From: a virus
Lineage: Duplodnaviria > Heunggongvirae > Uroviricota > Caudoviricetes
Virus record (IMG/VR): IMGVR_UViG_3300009093_000040
Direction: 5' to 3' (one strand)
DNA: 64,000 nucleotides
Shown in pieces: positions 10,676-24,100 of this stretch. The translations under genes were made by a program, and so were the position numbers. Position 1 is the first letter of the stretch. Each line of letters begins with the position of its first letter. The notes under the pieces were generated by a model. That model worked only from the letters and a program-made list of their open reading frames with translations. It had not been told where the DNA came from and did no database searches.

Positions 10676-13600
10676 ATGGCAGAACCAGTAGAAGAGAATA
10701 CACCCGACAATAAAAACCCTTTGTCACAGGAAAAAATACCCGTTCCTGCAGACAATCTTGTTAATTATGTTAAGACCCAACAAACAACCACTCCGGTAAA
10801 CGAAAGGGTTAATTCTGAAGTAGCAGGTGATTATCAGAAAGGAGCTAAACCTGCCCCGGCAGATTTTTCTACAGAAGCTCATGTAAATGCGGTTTCTGAT
10901 TTTTTTAAAAATACTGCTGATTGGGCACCTGATAAATTAGCTTACTCGAAACCATTTACGTATGGTGCGGGTTGGCGTAATATGAATTTTGACAGGTATT
11001 ATGCATCGTCTGGTTTTAAAAAACTAGGTTTTGATCCTTATGCTGATAATGAAGCCGTTTACAATAAAAATACTTCTTCTTGGGCTGATATGAATCGCGC
11101 GCTTCCGCAAATTGCAAAAGGCGCGTGGTTAGGTTTTAAAGGTATGCTTACACCATGGTCTACGGATGAAGATGCTGATAAGCAACAAAAGATGTTTGCT
11201 ATTGGTTCTTCTAGTCGTGGAGGTGTGTCAGGGTTTGTAACTAATTTGGGTTTGAATGCCGGTTACACGTTAGGTATAATTGGTGAGGCTGTAGGTGAAG
11301 AAGCTTTGTTAACTGCTGCTACTATAGGTTCATTGGGTACGGCTAGTGAAGCTACACTCCCTCTTATGGGTGCTGAGGCTGCTCGTGCTGGTTCCAGAAT
11401 CTATGAAGGATGGAAAGGGTTAAACTCGGTGAAGAAAGCATTTGATGCTGTTAAAACAGCTAATGATGCTAGAAAATTATATGAATTAGCTAAGACAGGA
11501 ACAAAATCTGTTGCTAAATGGTTACTGCCTGCAGAAACTGCAACTTTTACTTATGATGCACTGAAGGGGTTAAATGGTATAGATAAACTAAGCACCTATG
11601 CAAAAATTCACAAAGGAGTTGGTAGTTTTGTTAGAGATTTAAGAGAAATAAAAGCTGTAGCTTCTGAATCGGAATTAGAAGGTGGTTCAGTTCAAACAGA
11701 AAGAAATGAAGAGTTGATTCACAAGTTTTTCGAAAAAAACGGTAGACTTCCTGATGAGGATGAGTCTCAGAAAATATTTGAAAGTGCAAAAGAGTCAGGG
11801 CAATTAACAGCATGGTCAAACATGCCTCTTATTTATTTATCCAACAAATTTGTTTTAGATAATGCGCTTAAAGGTTTCAAACCCCTAAAAGCTTTGTTTA
11901 GAGAAGAGGGTGAACTTCCGGGAACCATTATCAAGGACCAAGCAGCGAAAGCAGCCGGAGAGAGTCCATATAAAGCTGTGAGTGGTTTTTCATTGGCAGC
12001 AATTAAATCTGGAATCAAACCTTATAGTTTATTGAAAGGTTCTTTGCGTTATGGTACAGCAAATTTAGCTGAAGCATTACAAGAAAGTGCACAGGAAGTT
12101 GTTTCTTCTGCATATAAAAATTATTACGATAAAATTTATGAAGATCCTGAGCTGGCTGGTTCACGTTCATTAGCTTCTTCGTTTGCTAAAGGGATGAATG
12201 ATCAATTTACATCTCAAGGGTTTGATACATTTGCTTCTGGTTTTTTTATGGGAGGATTAATACAAGGTCCTCAAAAAGTTCTATTTGAAAAAATTCCACA
12301 GGCTTTTCATAAAATAACAAATCCACAACAATATCAGGAATACAAACAGGCTAAGGAAAAGTATATCAACAGTGTTCTTGAAGCAATGAATGATGTTGAA
12401 TTGCATCCTTCAAAATATGTTAACGCTATACACGAAAATTTTGTTAATCAAAAAAGAGCAGCTACTTCATTAACTGAAACAGAACAAGATGCAGATCGTA
12501 AGGCACATAAAGATGCACAGGATGAAGCTATTTTTGATCATGTATACACTTTATTAAGATCGGGTCACGAACATGTTCTTACTGATCAAATTAAAAATTT
12601 AAAAGAATTAAAACCAAACGAATTAGCTGAGGCATTTAATAGAGATGTAGATGACCATGATTCTGAAAATAAACCTTTAAATGATAAACTGCAGTCATTT
12701 GAAGATAAAATTGGTTATCTTAAAAAAAGATATGAAACTATTGAAAAGCAATTTCCTAATCCTTTTGATCCTAAAAAAATAAATCAAGAAAGGGATCCCG
12801 CTGCTTATGAAAACGAAGCAAGAAATAAAAATGTATTCGATTTTTATAAAAAACAGATTCTTTTCTCTCACTATACTTTTGATCGCACTTTAGAAAGAAT
12901 GAGGGATATTACAGCAGACATTTCTGCTAGTAAACCTTTAGAGAAAGCTTCGCTAACAGATGTAAGTTTACTTTTTGATTTACCTTCAATGGGTGAAGAA
13001 ATAAAAAGTCTTAAAACAGAACTTTCTGCATACAATCAAAGTCCTGAGATTTCTACTAAAAAAATAGCAAATCAAAAAAGAGAAAAATTAGAATCTTTAC
13101 AAGATTTGCAGGATAGTATTCATGGTTATATAACTGCTTTAAAATTACGTTCTTCTGCTGAAGTAAAAGCAAGCGCAAAAGATCAAGCTGAACTTAAAGC
13201 TAAGATGACTCCGGGCACAAGAGTTATTACAAAAAAAGGAGAAAATTTAAAAATTAAAGGTGTTCACAAAGATGGTCAAAGATTAATTCTTGAAAATAAA
13301 AAACTTTACAATTTTAAAAGTTTAACGTTAGCTAAAGAATCTAAAGTTGAAAATTTTAATATGGATGGGTTTGTATCTGAACATCTATCAATATTAAAAG
13401 ATTCTTTTGATGGTTACATGCGCCACTTAGCTAGTGCTTCGAATGATCATATAATTGATTCGAAAATAAACAGTGCTTTTGATAAGCTTAAAGATTATTA
13501 TGCGTTGCAACATGAATCGTTTCAAATGGCAAGTGCTATAAATGCATTAACTAATCCCGAGAGAAGTCGTGAGATATTTGGTAGATATGTTGAAGCTAAA

Positions 13601-15175
13601 AAAATTCTGGATGCTCAGCGTCTTGAAAAATTAAAAAAAGCTTTAGAAGTATTTATGCAAAAAATGGAGCATAATGATTTACTTAATGCTTTATATAAAA
13701 TTGGTGTTTATTTTGATCCTTCAGAAATAGATTCTTTTATCAATGATAATAAAATACCGGACGCTTTTTATGATGCAGTAACTTCTGGAAAAATTGAAAA
13801 ATCTTCTGATAAATTTAAGGAGATAGAAAAGGTTCTTGAAAAATATAATAAAGTAGTTCGTCCGGACGTTGTTGATAAAATAGAAAAAGAAAAAATTCAA
13901 AAAGAAAAAGAGTTATTAAAATCTAAACAAACTCCTACAGGTATTATTTACATTAGCAGACATGGTTCTAATAGTGATGATGCAGCGGGTGTTGTTTCTG
14001 GAAGCACAGCTCCTCCTTTATCTGAAGAAGGTAAAGCAGAGGTAAGAAAAGAACTTAAAGCTATTACGGATGAAAATGTACAAAAAGTAGTTTCTTCACC
14101 AGTAGTACGTGCAAAAGAGTCTGGAGAAATTATTGCTAAAAATAAAAAAGCAGAATTAACTACAGATGATAGGTTATCTCCTTGGAATGTTGGAGATGAG
14201 CAGACAGGTTTTGCTAAAACACCGGATGAAGACTGGGATAAATTATCTGCTTGGTTTGCTAATAATCCAACTGAAAAAGTTTATGCTGGAGTTGATGTGG
14301 ATAGTGAAGGTGTTAAGTTATCTGAAAAATATGCTGGTCACTCGATGTTAGAATCATTCGATGAACTTAAAGATCGTGTAATACCTGCAATTAAGGATAT
14401 TGTTAATAACTCGCCAGATGACACAGCTGTAGTTACACACTCTAATATAACTCAATTAATAAAAGCTTATGCAGAGAATGGTAAAGTAAATAATGATAAT
14501 TTAAACCAATTGTTTATAACAAGCCCTCCACTTAGAAATGGAGAATTGTTACCATTAGAACGTAATGAGATATCTCCACTACCGGCAGCAGTGGTTGTAA
14601 CTACAGAGCAAAGCAAAGAGGTTCCTTTTGATTTGGTGAATAAGTTAGAAAATATCACCAATGGTGAAGAACTTAAAAACTTTGAAAAAGAAATTATATC
14701 TAAATTGGCTAACTATAAAGAAGCAAATAAATTAGGTTTAGATGCTGATGCTATAGGACTTTTAATCGAAAGAAAAAAACAAGAGTTAGCAACCTTGTTT
14801 AGTTATGATGATGTAAAAGTTGGAAATGTTTTAACCATGGTAGATCCTAGATATGATTTAATGATTGTTCTTTCTAAAACAGCTAAAGAAATAAAATTAA
14901 GAAAAGTAGGAGAAGAAACAGGACCTGTTTTGGTAGTTAGAAAATCAACTTTGCATAGAGATGTTAAATATAAATATAGTGGAGAAATGGATGCTACAAA
15001 AGGAGGACCTTCTACAGTGAGTGCGGAAGAAAGTAAAATTTCTGATGTTAGTATTGATAATATCAAAGATTTATCTGAAGATGAAGAAGCTTTGAAAGAA
15101 GCTGAAACTAATGCTGTGAATAAAACTCCAGACCAATTAAAACAAGATTTAATCGATAAATTAGGATGTAAATGA
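10676..15175 (+). CDS. Giant virion/ejected protein (1499 aa) with embedded histidine-phosphatase (PGAM-like) domain
   Basis: 'YISRHGSNSDD' (RHG, about aa 1095) and 'AVVTHSNITQL' (about aa 1255) match the two catalytic signatures of the histidine phosphatase superfamily; the start lies 2 nt after the upstream stop. Confidence 0.55.
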   Translation: MAEPVEENTPDNKNPLSQEKIPVPADNLVNYVKTQQTTTPVNERVNSEVAGDYQKGAKPAPADFSTEAHVNAVSDFFKNTADWAPDKLAYSKPFTYGAGWRNMNFDRYYASSGFKKLGFDPYADNEAVYNKNTSSWADMNRALPQIAKGAWLGFKGMLTPWSTDEDADKQQKMFAIGSSSRGGVSGFVTNLGLNAGYTLGIIGEAVGEEALLTAATIGSLGTASEATLPLMGAEAARAGSRIYEGWKGLNSVKKAFDAVKTANDARKLYELAKTGTKSVAKWLLPAETATFTYDALKGLNGIDKLSTYAKIHKGVGSFVRDLREIKAVASESELEGGSVQTERNEELIHKFFEKNGRLPDEDESQKIFESAKESGQLTAWSNMPLIYLSNKFVLDNALKGFKPLKALFREEGELPGTIIKDQAAKAAGESPYKAVSGFSLAAIKSGIKPYSLLKGSLRYGTANLAEALQESAQEVVSSAYKNYYDKIYEDPELAGSRSLASSFAKGMNDQFTSQGFDTFASGFFMGGLIQGPQKVLFEKIPQAFHKITNPQQYQEYKQAKEKYINSVLEAMNDVELHPSKYVNAIHENFVNQKRAATSLTETEQDADRKAHKDAQDEAIFDHVYTLLRSGHEHVLTDQIKNLKELKPNELAEAFNRDVDDHDSENKPLNDKLQSFEDKIGYLKKRYETIEKQFPNPFDPKKINQERDPAAYENEARNKNVFDFYKKQILFSHYTFDRTLERMRDITADISASKPLEKASLTDVSLLFDLPSMGEEIKSLKTELSAYNQSPEISTKKIANQKREKLESLQDLQDSIHGYITALKLRSSAEVKASAKDQAELKAKMTPGTRVITKKGENLKIKGVHKDGQRLILENKKLYNFKSLTLAKESKVENFNMDGFVSEHLSILKDSFDGYMRHLASASNDHIIDSKINSAFDKLKDYYALQHESFQMASAINALTNPERSREIFGRYVEAKKILDAQRLEKLKKALEVFMQKMEHNDLLNALYKIGVYFDPSEIDSFINDNKIPDAFYDAVTSGKIEKSSDKFKEIEKVLEKYNKVVRPDVVDKIEKEKIQKEKELLKSKQTPTGIIYISRHGSNSDDAAGVVSGSTAPPLSEEGKAEVRKELKAITDENVQKVVSSPVVRAKESGEIIAKNKKAELTTDDRLSPWNVGDEQTGFAKTPDEDWDKLSAWFANNPTEKVYAGVDVDSEGVKLSEKYAGHSMLESFDELKDRVIPAIKDIVNNSPDDTAVVTHSNITQLIKAYAENGKVNNDNLNQLFITSPPLRNGELLPLERNEISPLPAAVVVTTEQSKEVPFDLVNKLENITNGEELKNFEKEIISKLANYKEANKLGLDADAIGLLIERKKQELATLFSYDDVKVGNVLTMVDPRYDLMIVLSKTAKEIKLRKVGEETGPVLVVRKSTLHRDVKYKYSGEMDATKGGPSTVSAEESKISDVSIDNIKDLSEDEEALKEAETNAVNKTPDQLKQDLIDKLGCK

Positions 15176-18100
15176 TAAACTGTGCAATTTCTAAAGAGCA
15201 ACAACAAGCTCTTTACTCAATAATATACGGAGACCTATTAAAAAATCCTGAATCCTTTTCAGTAGAAAATTATATCCGTGGTATATACAGTATGATTAAT
15301 GCTGCTAGTAACAATAGCAACATGGCACTGGATTATGCTCGTTTGGTCCCTCATTATTTAAAAATTGCAGCAAGTAGAAATTTTGATATTGATGACTTTT
15401 TATTAGATAAAGTAGATCCTAAAATTTTAAATAATCTTCGTCGTGAATTCAATGATGATATAAAAAATGTAGAAAAATACATTACCGGAGAAAAAGATGT
15501 TTTACAAGATTTAAAAGAAATTGAGCAGGAAGTTCAAAATGAATCTCTATCTACAGTTAAACAAGAAGAAATTCCTGAACCTTTACCAGCGGCAACTCCT
15601 ATAGAAACAAGCTTATTATTATCTGATAATTCATATGAAACTCCGTACAAAGAAGCAGAGGAAATATCTCCTGATTTGAAGATGTATTCAGATTTAAAAC
15701 GTCGTATTATCAATAACGTTCAGGAAGATGGAAGTGCCGTTATTCCGGAAGTAGGAAGAGTTTGGTTACGAGTTATGTCTACAACTTCTATTGAAGAAAA
15801 ACACATGACACCAGATACTGTAAAATTAATACAGCAAGCTACAGAAAAAAGAAAAGCTGAAATTTTAGATGCCCATAATAAAGGGGCTGCAGTATTTGTA
15901 ACAAGAGGTGATGGAGAATTAATTTATTTTGATAAAGAAGGTAAAGCTACCTTTTCTGATAATGGTAAACCGGCTTACTACACTTTTATCAACCCTAAAG
16001 TAGATGATAAGGGAGAAATAATTGTTCAGAATTGGCAAAAAGAAATTATTGATAATATTTCAAAAAATCAAAGAATATCTAAGGAAGAAGCGCGCGCGGT
16101 TTTTGTACGTCAGCTTAAAACTTTTAAAGCTATTCGTGAATATGTAAATAAAAATCCAAAAGATAATTCAGTTAAACTTAATTTGACTGGAGGTTACTTA
16201 GGAAGATTAGCAAAACCACTTGGAGATCAGAAAAATAATTTATCTGCTTTTAATTTTAAAGATACTATATTTTTTCCAAGACAAGGTGTAGAAGCAAAAG
16301 GAGAAAAAAATAATCGTTATTATTTTGATTTTCAAGGTGTGAGTGGTGTTCCGATCGAAAGACCTCAATTCACTCCTGATTTAGCTACCAAGTTATCTTC
16401 TGTTTTATTTGATCCATTAAAAATTGAAACACCAATGGGATTGGTTAATATTTCAATTCCAGAAAGAATCCAATTATTTAAACAATTTGTTTTAACAGGT
16501 GCAGATAGAATAGGAATCTTTCCGGATAACTCAGGCACAGGTATCACCTTAAAAAAATTCGGTCGTAAGATTGAAGGTAAAACGCAGGATGAACTTAAAC
16601 AAATAGTTACAGATTATTTAACCAGATTAGTTCCTACAAGAGAAATTACTTCAGAACAAGCTAAAGGTAAAACTATTGTAGATAACTTAGACAATCCTGT
16701 TTTAGGTCAGGTTTATAAGCACACCAATGATAAAAATGCAGAAAGATTTTTTGTTATTGAACCTGTGAGACAAAATATTGTGAATGATTTATTAAAATCA
16801 AATGAGTATACAGATTTTGATATAAAAGATGGAATTATAAAATCAACAAAAAAACCTTATTCAGAATATATTCGAAATAATTTCTTTATAAATTATCCTT
16901 TACATTTAGATGGTGATGGTAATTTACAAACGTTGAACGCTTATTTTAATTTTCAAGTATCAAACGAAGAAAAAAATAAAGCGGAAGGTAAGGATATTCG
17001 AAAAGAAATTGTTGAAAAAGCAAAAACCGAAACTCCTAAAGAAAGCGGTGTGTTAGCTCCGGTAACTACTGCACAGAAAACAGTAGAGGTTATGAAAGCA
17101 ATGAGCGCGCGCGATAAGCTTATAAAACTAAAACGAGATAATCCGGATAAGTTCAATAAATTATTTGGGCAGAAAACTTTAGAAGCTACTTTAGAACAGA
17201 TTGATGAAGCTAAAAATTGGTATGAAGCACACCCACTTAGTTCTCATTTTCCATTTGAGCAAGCATTCAATATGGTTAATATTGATAATCCTAATTCGAT
17301 AGCCACATGGCAGATGAACGGAATTACTTTATTTAAAGGTGCAGACTATTCTGATTTGTATCATGAAGCTTGGCATGGATTTACACAATCGTTTTTAACT
17401 CAAGATCAGAAATCTGATTTGTATAATGAGGTAAGAAGAAAATCAGGTTCTTTCACTGATTATAATGGTAATCGCGTTTTATTCTCTAATGCAAAAGATT
17501 TACAGGTAGAAGAATACTTAGCGGAAGATTTTCGTGAGTATATGTTGAAAGGTCAGAAATCAGAAAAAGGTGCATCATCTCGCAATAACATATTTCAAAA
17601 AATATGGAATTTCTTGAAAACACTTTTTGGAGTAAACAATGTATCTGAAATTGCTCTGGATGAAAAAGCAAATAAAACCATTAAAGATCTTTATGAAAAG
17701 TTAAGAGTAGGTGATTTGAATGATTTTACATTTGCTGTAGAGAATAGAAATTACGATACATTAAATAAAGGCATTCAACGAATAAATAGAGAAGAGCCGG
17801 AAGCTTCTTTAAATTATGAAAATTCAAAATTAATTTTTGATACTGTTGATTCTTTATTTTCTGAAGCCGCTGATATTTTTAATAGTGGATTGACTGAATC
17901 TGAATCTTTAGAAAAAGCTTCTCTTGAAAGTAAGGTTGATAAATCACCAGCAGAAAACGGTCGTTTACAAGAATTAAAAGGTCAGCAAACGTACAAATAT
18001 GCTTCTACGCTATTTAATACTGTAGGTGGTTTACAAGCAGCTTATTCGCATGCTCAATTAAGATTAGCAGAGCAAAGAAATCAATTAGCTGAAAAAGAAG

Positions 18101-21100
18101 TTACTCCTGAAATTCAATCTAAGATTGATTTGTTAGATTATGCTTTACGAAATTTTGGTGACGTTGAAAATATTTCAAAAAATAAAGAAGATGCTGGAGT
18201 AATCGGTTATCACTTGTTCAAATCAGAATTTTTAGGTGAAGATTTACGTGATGAAATAAAAGAAGATCAGGAGTCAGAAAATCGTGAAGAAGAAGGTAAA
18301 AACTTTTATGATCGTGGAGGTAATGAATTATCAATTTTTGATTTAGCTGCCCGTGAAATTCTTTATATGATTAAAGGTTTGCATAAAACAGACCCACAAG
18401 GAAAAATTGAATATAATAAATTAGGTTTACCGGAACTGGTTCCTTTCCGTGAAACAACTGCACATATCGCGAGAACTGTTCAAAATATTTCTACAGCTGA
18501 AAAAATGTATGATGCTTTGAAGAAAGAAGGTGAAAGCTTCCATCCAATAAATCAATTGTTAGGAAAGTTAGGTCCTGTTTCTTATCAGGGTCAAAGTGAT
18601 GCTGAGGTAGATAACTGGACTAAATTCTGGCAAACATTTAATAAGTATCGAATTCCTCTTGTTCAAATGAATATGAATGAGGTTAGGAAAGATGAAGATG
18701 GTAAAGAAATTCCTGTTCGATATGAAGTTAAAATTGGTAATGCAAATGCAGATTTCAGAAAGGTAGGTCAGAGATGGGAAGCGGAGTTTGCTATCGTTCA
18801 AAATAATCCCTATATCGCAAATGACGAACGTGGTAATTATCTGGACACCGAAAAGTTGTTGGGTAAATATCCTGATCGGAATTCGGTTAATGGTAAAGAG
18901 TTTGAATTCTTTAGAGACATGGGTATAAATTTAAAGAATACCAATGTAGTTAAAAAGGCTTTAGAGGATGCTGTAAGTAAAGGAGAAATTAAAGCTCAAG
19001 GATTCTATGATAATTTGAATAAACTTAAAGAGAAGGGCGTAACTATCCGTAATTTAGGTATTATATCGTCAAGTAACGATAAGCTTGGCATCAAGGGTGA
19101 GGGTGGTAACTATAAAAAGTTACAGGAGCTACAGGGAAGATACTCTGATGAGCAATCCGACTTTATGGTGACGAATGCTGCCGGTGATCCTCAATCTGAG
19201 TTTTCACAGAACACAACCTTGACACAGTTTGTTAAAAAAATGAACGAGGCTTCTGATTGGCAGGAATTAATGCAGGATCCGGCATCTCAACATTGGAACT
19301 TCATAAAGAGCGAAAGAATCAACGCTCCTTTTAACCCTTTTACTAAACGATCTATATGGATTAATTCCATGTTTAATTTTGCTGTGCCCGGGGGCATGCG
19401 AAAAGGTCCTAAATTAAATATTCAAAATTTAAGTGGTGTTACCCTTTTAAAAGACGGTGAAGCACAAGGTGAGGGTGTTATCTCAACAGATGCGGATGAG
19501 TACACTAAAATGATTTTGGATTTGCATTTGATGGTTGAAAAAGGAATGCCCGAGCTACCACGACATGCAGGTAAAAAAACATCATTATCGGTATTTGTAG
19601 GAAATGGTGGATTATATGTAGATACTGATAAATTTATTGATTTAGATAATCGTAATGTAGGGATGTCTGAAGCAGTTGATATGATATTTCCTTATTTAAA
19701 ATCAGAACTTGAAAGGGTTAAAGAATGTCGTACATTAAGTAATTCGGTTCAACAGTATGATTTTGATTATTTAAAAAGAGGTTCGAAATTAGTTTACTTT
19801 GATTATTTAACTGATGAATTAAAAGATCAGTTGTATGGTTTCACCGGTGATGTTGATTCTTTTTTTGAAACTGAAGATGGTGTGGAATTAGCTAGAAGGG
19901 CTAAAAACCAAATGGCAGATTATTTCCAAAAGAAGTATGAAGAAAATAAATCAAAATTAAAACAAGCTCAGTATGTATCTTCAAGTTTGATAAATGATGT
20001 TAGAAATACTGCTGTTAAAAAAGGAGTGCCTGCTAAGTATATCACAGATATTGCTTTGATTGATGCAATTGTGCGATCATTTACATTGAATGCTTGGATA
20101 CACAATATGGAATCAACAGTGGTGCTATATGGTGATATCGCTTTATATAAAGATTTTCATAAAAGAAATGCTGCTATAAATTCTACAGGAGATGTTTTAA
20201 GAACAGATAAAGAATTTATTGATTATCTGAATAAATCAAAAGAAGAAGGTGGATTTGGTGGAAAAATGTTTGCAGCTACGCGAGGAGTTTCTCAAGAAAA
20301 TCGTTTGTATAATGGTATATTAAATACAGCGATTATGGAAGATGTAGAAGTTGCTTCTGTATATCACGATGAATATAATAAAGCAATCAAGTCTCCTGTA
20401 ATAGATGCAAAATATGGAGATAAAGGAGTTAATGAAGCTGATGCTGCAGCATTTGTTGCATTTGATTCATATCGACTTTTTAGAAAATCTTTAAGTAAGT
20501 GGTCTAATGAGCAGGAAAGAATGTATCAGAAAATCGTTAAAGGTGAATCTATAAATCCATCTGAAGTAACAGAAACTTTCCCTACAGTTAAAATGGGTTA
20601 CGATGGTCCTATACAAAATGCTCACTTGCCATTAGTGGCTCTGCATAAATTCGCTTTATTCCCACTAATTCCAACAGTTATCAAGGGAACTAATTTGGAG
20701 AAGCTGCATGATAAAATGATGCGTGAGGGTATAGATTATGCAACTTTTAAATCAGGATCTAAAGTAGCTACAATAGTTACAAAAGATAAACCAGATAAAC
20801 TTTATACAGATAATAAGCTTCGTACTTTTAATGAAACACCTTTTACTCCAAACAGAGTATTTGCAGATTACCTTAAAGATCAAGTTGAAGTTTCTTCTAA
20901 GTTTAAAAAGAAAATTTCTTTTTTCTCTCAGTTAAGAAAATTAATTGATAACGGTTTAATGGAATCAGGTGTTCCTACGGATTTCAAATTAGCTTTAGAT
21001 GTAAATCAACGTCGTGAAGACTGGGATAAACTAAGCGAGGCTGATAAAGTAAAAACATCAAAAAACTATTACTTACGTCAAAACTTTGTAAATAAACTTA

Positions 21101-24100
21101 AAGAGCTGGGTGAAGTAAAGAAGAGAGAATTGTTTCATGAGATGGGTTGGAAAATGGATAAAAACGGTAAACCAACCGGTGATATCAAACCATTGATGGA
21201 AGTGGTTTCTCGTGAGTTAAGTAGACGTGATCTGGCAGAACATGAAATAGGTTTTATTCAAATATTACCTAATGGTAAATTAAAACACAGTTTAGATTTA
21301 TCGCAGTCTTCAGATAAAATTGAAGCAGTGTTAATGGCTATTGTAAACAAACGTTTAGTTCGTTATAAAGTTAACGGAGAGCAGCTTGCTCAAGTGTCGG
21401 CAGCAGGGTTTGAAAATCTTTCTTTTGCTTATGGTCCTGAACGTAAATTTGAAAAACCAACAGCTGAAGATTTAGCTAAATACGGAACAAATGATTTACC
21501 TACATATCATATAGGATCTAACGGTAAAATATCTGCAGCTAAAGTAAAAATAGCAATCCAAGGTGACTTTAAAAAACTGTTGGGTCTTCCTGAAGTCGAA
21601 CAAAAGGCTTTTTCGAGTGGCATTTCACGTAGGGAAGCTTTAAACGATTTATTGAAGGACGAGAACTGGTTGAATACAGGAGATAACCGTAAGATGGTTA
21701 CAATGACCGGGGCACGTATTCCTACACAGGGAATCAACTCTATGGAGTTTTCGGAGGTATATGAATTCCTTCCGGAAGAAGCGGGTAACATAATTATAGC
21801 GCCTACTGAGATTACCTCAAAATCTGGTACCGATTTTGACTATGACAAGTTACCGATGATGATGCCTAACATAGCAATTGTCAACAATAGAATAGCTTTA
21901 GCTAAACAGTATACTCAGAAGGAAGCTAGGGAGATGTATGATACTTTGTTGAAGTATAAAATCAATGAGGCTACCCTTAATGGTTTAGACAAAAATGAAG
22001 TCTTTTCATTGATGAAACCGGGGGTTTTCTTTGAGTTTGAGCAGGCAATGATTAGGTTGTTTGGTGATTCTTATATGGAGGACCTTAAAGCAATTGTTAA
22101 AGAAGATTATAAAATTCCTGAATTTGAGGAATTCTTTGAGCGTTTAAACGGTACAAAAGCTATCGAGAATCAAATTATTACAGCTATACGTGAAATATTA
22201 GAGCAGCCTGAAAATCTAGGTAATTTAATAAGACCTAACGATACAGATTTGGTTAAACCTTTAGCAGATCAAATGAAGCCTTTAGTTTCAGAATTTGACA
22301 GAAAACAGGGTGCAGGTTCGCATGTGCTGGAATACCTTTACAATTTAGCGGTCCATCAGGCAAATAGCGTTGGTAAAGATACTTTAGGTATAGGTGCGGT
22401 GGATAATACCTATAATACAATTTTTAATGGTGTAGGTGCTTATTTGAATCCGCAGTATAAAATCGGTAATGCTAAGCAATCATATAGAACAGAGTTATTG
22501 TTACCGCATAATAAATTAATGGTTAAAGGAAAACCTGTGGTATCTCTTTCGGGTTTAAAAGATGCAGCTAATGAAAATAGTATTTCTGAAATTATATCTC
22601 AGCTAATAAATGGTTGGGTGGATGTAGAGAAAGATGATTGGATTAGTAATATCCAAGGTAATAAACAATTGGCACCAATCATGTTGTATTTGATACAAGC
22701 AGGTGTTCCTTTGAAATCAGTTGTTTATTTTATTTCACAACCATTGGTTAGGGAGTATGTAAAACAACAAAAACTTTCTAAAAGTACTTTCGCAAAACCT
22801 TTAGGAAAAGCGCCGGCTAATCCTTTATGGTATAGAAGAAAAGCTTTAATGAGTGTATTGGAAAATCCTACTTTTGGTTTTGATATAGAAAAAAATAAAG
22901 ATGGAAACATAACAAATAGCACTTTATATAAAAGCACTTTGCGTTATGCAGAAGGTATAAAAGATTTTTCTGAAAAAGAACTTTTTGATGGTATTAAAAA
23001 TAAAACAGGAGAATATACAGATAGAGAAAAAGCGGCATTTCTTCATTTTATAGAAGTTGAAAATATTACCAAAAAGCTTCTGGAGTTAAAAATGGCAACT
23101 AACGTTGATACCAAACCGACTAGAACACTTCACGAAGCACAAGCTAAAGTACTTCAGGTTAATAAATTAAAAGGTGATAACGCTGTTCCGGGAGAGCTTA
23201 TAGATAAGATATTAAATAATTCAGCTGTAGGTGCTTTTTATACACAAGAATTTGCACTTGATTTATTTGGTAAATTATTTCCTATAAAAAACAACAATGA
23301 AGTAAATGAGTTTATTGCATCTGTGCCTTTCGGTGAAACATTATCTTCTTTATTTTCTACACAAGAACAATTTGTAGAAGCTTTTAGAAATGATTTGATG
23401 AGTTATATTTTTCAAAATCAGGTCCGTCAGTTTGATCTTGACAAGGTTGATAAGAAACAAATAACTAAAGATTTTGAAGATCGTATTTATACTACAGAAG
23501 AGTATGAGAAAAAAGGTTTAGCTAAACTTAATGATAATACTTTTTTACTTGCTAAAGAGTATGGGCACTTTGTTTCAGAACGTGATTCTTTGCGTAGTTT
23601 AAATGATGAAAAATCTGTAGAAAATGATTTTGACTATATAAACTTATTAAACAAAAACACCTTTAATCCTAAAAATAAAAAAGAAGGTGAAAGTATTCAG
23701 GATTTTGAAGTTCGCATTAAAAAACTTTCTTATGAAGAATGGCTACGTGATAAAGCTCTTGATAATATATTGAACCCTTGGAAGTTATTTAAGTCTCATA
23801 GTAGCTATGCTGATCAATTTGTTCGCATAAGAAAACAGTATCCTAATTTAATTGATGATTACTCATTAATGAGAAATTTACAATTTAAAACAGGTCCTGC
23901 TGGCTACCGTAACTTAAAACTTAGTACAACAAAAATCGATGCTGATACAATAGAAGTATATCATGAAAACTTACAGAATTTATCTAACAAGTCTGTAATC
24001 AAAGTTAGTGATCCTGTAGCGAATGAATATATAAGTAACTTCTTTAGTAAGTTTCCTTTGGTTTCTTTTATGCAATCTGGGCAAAATATTAAATCTGCTT

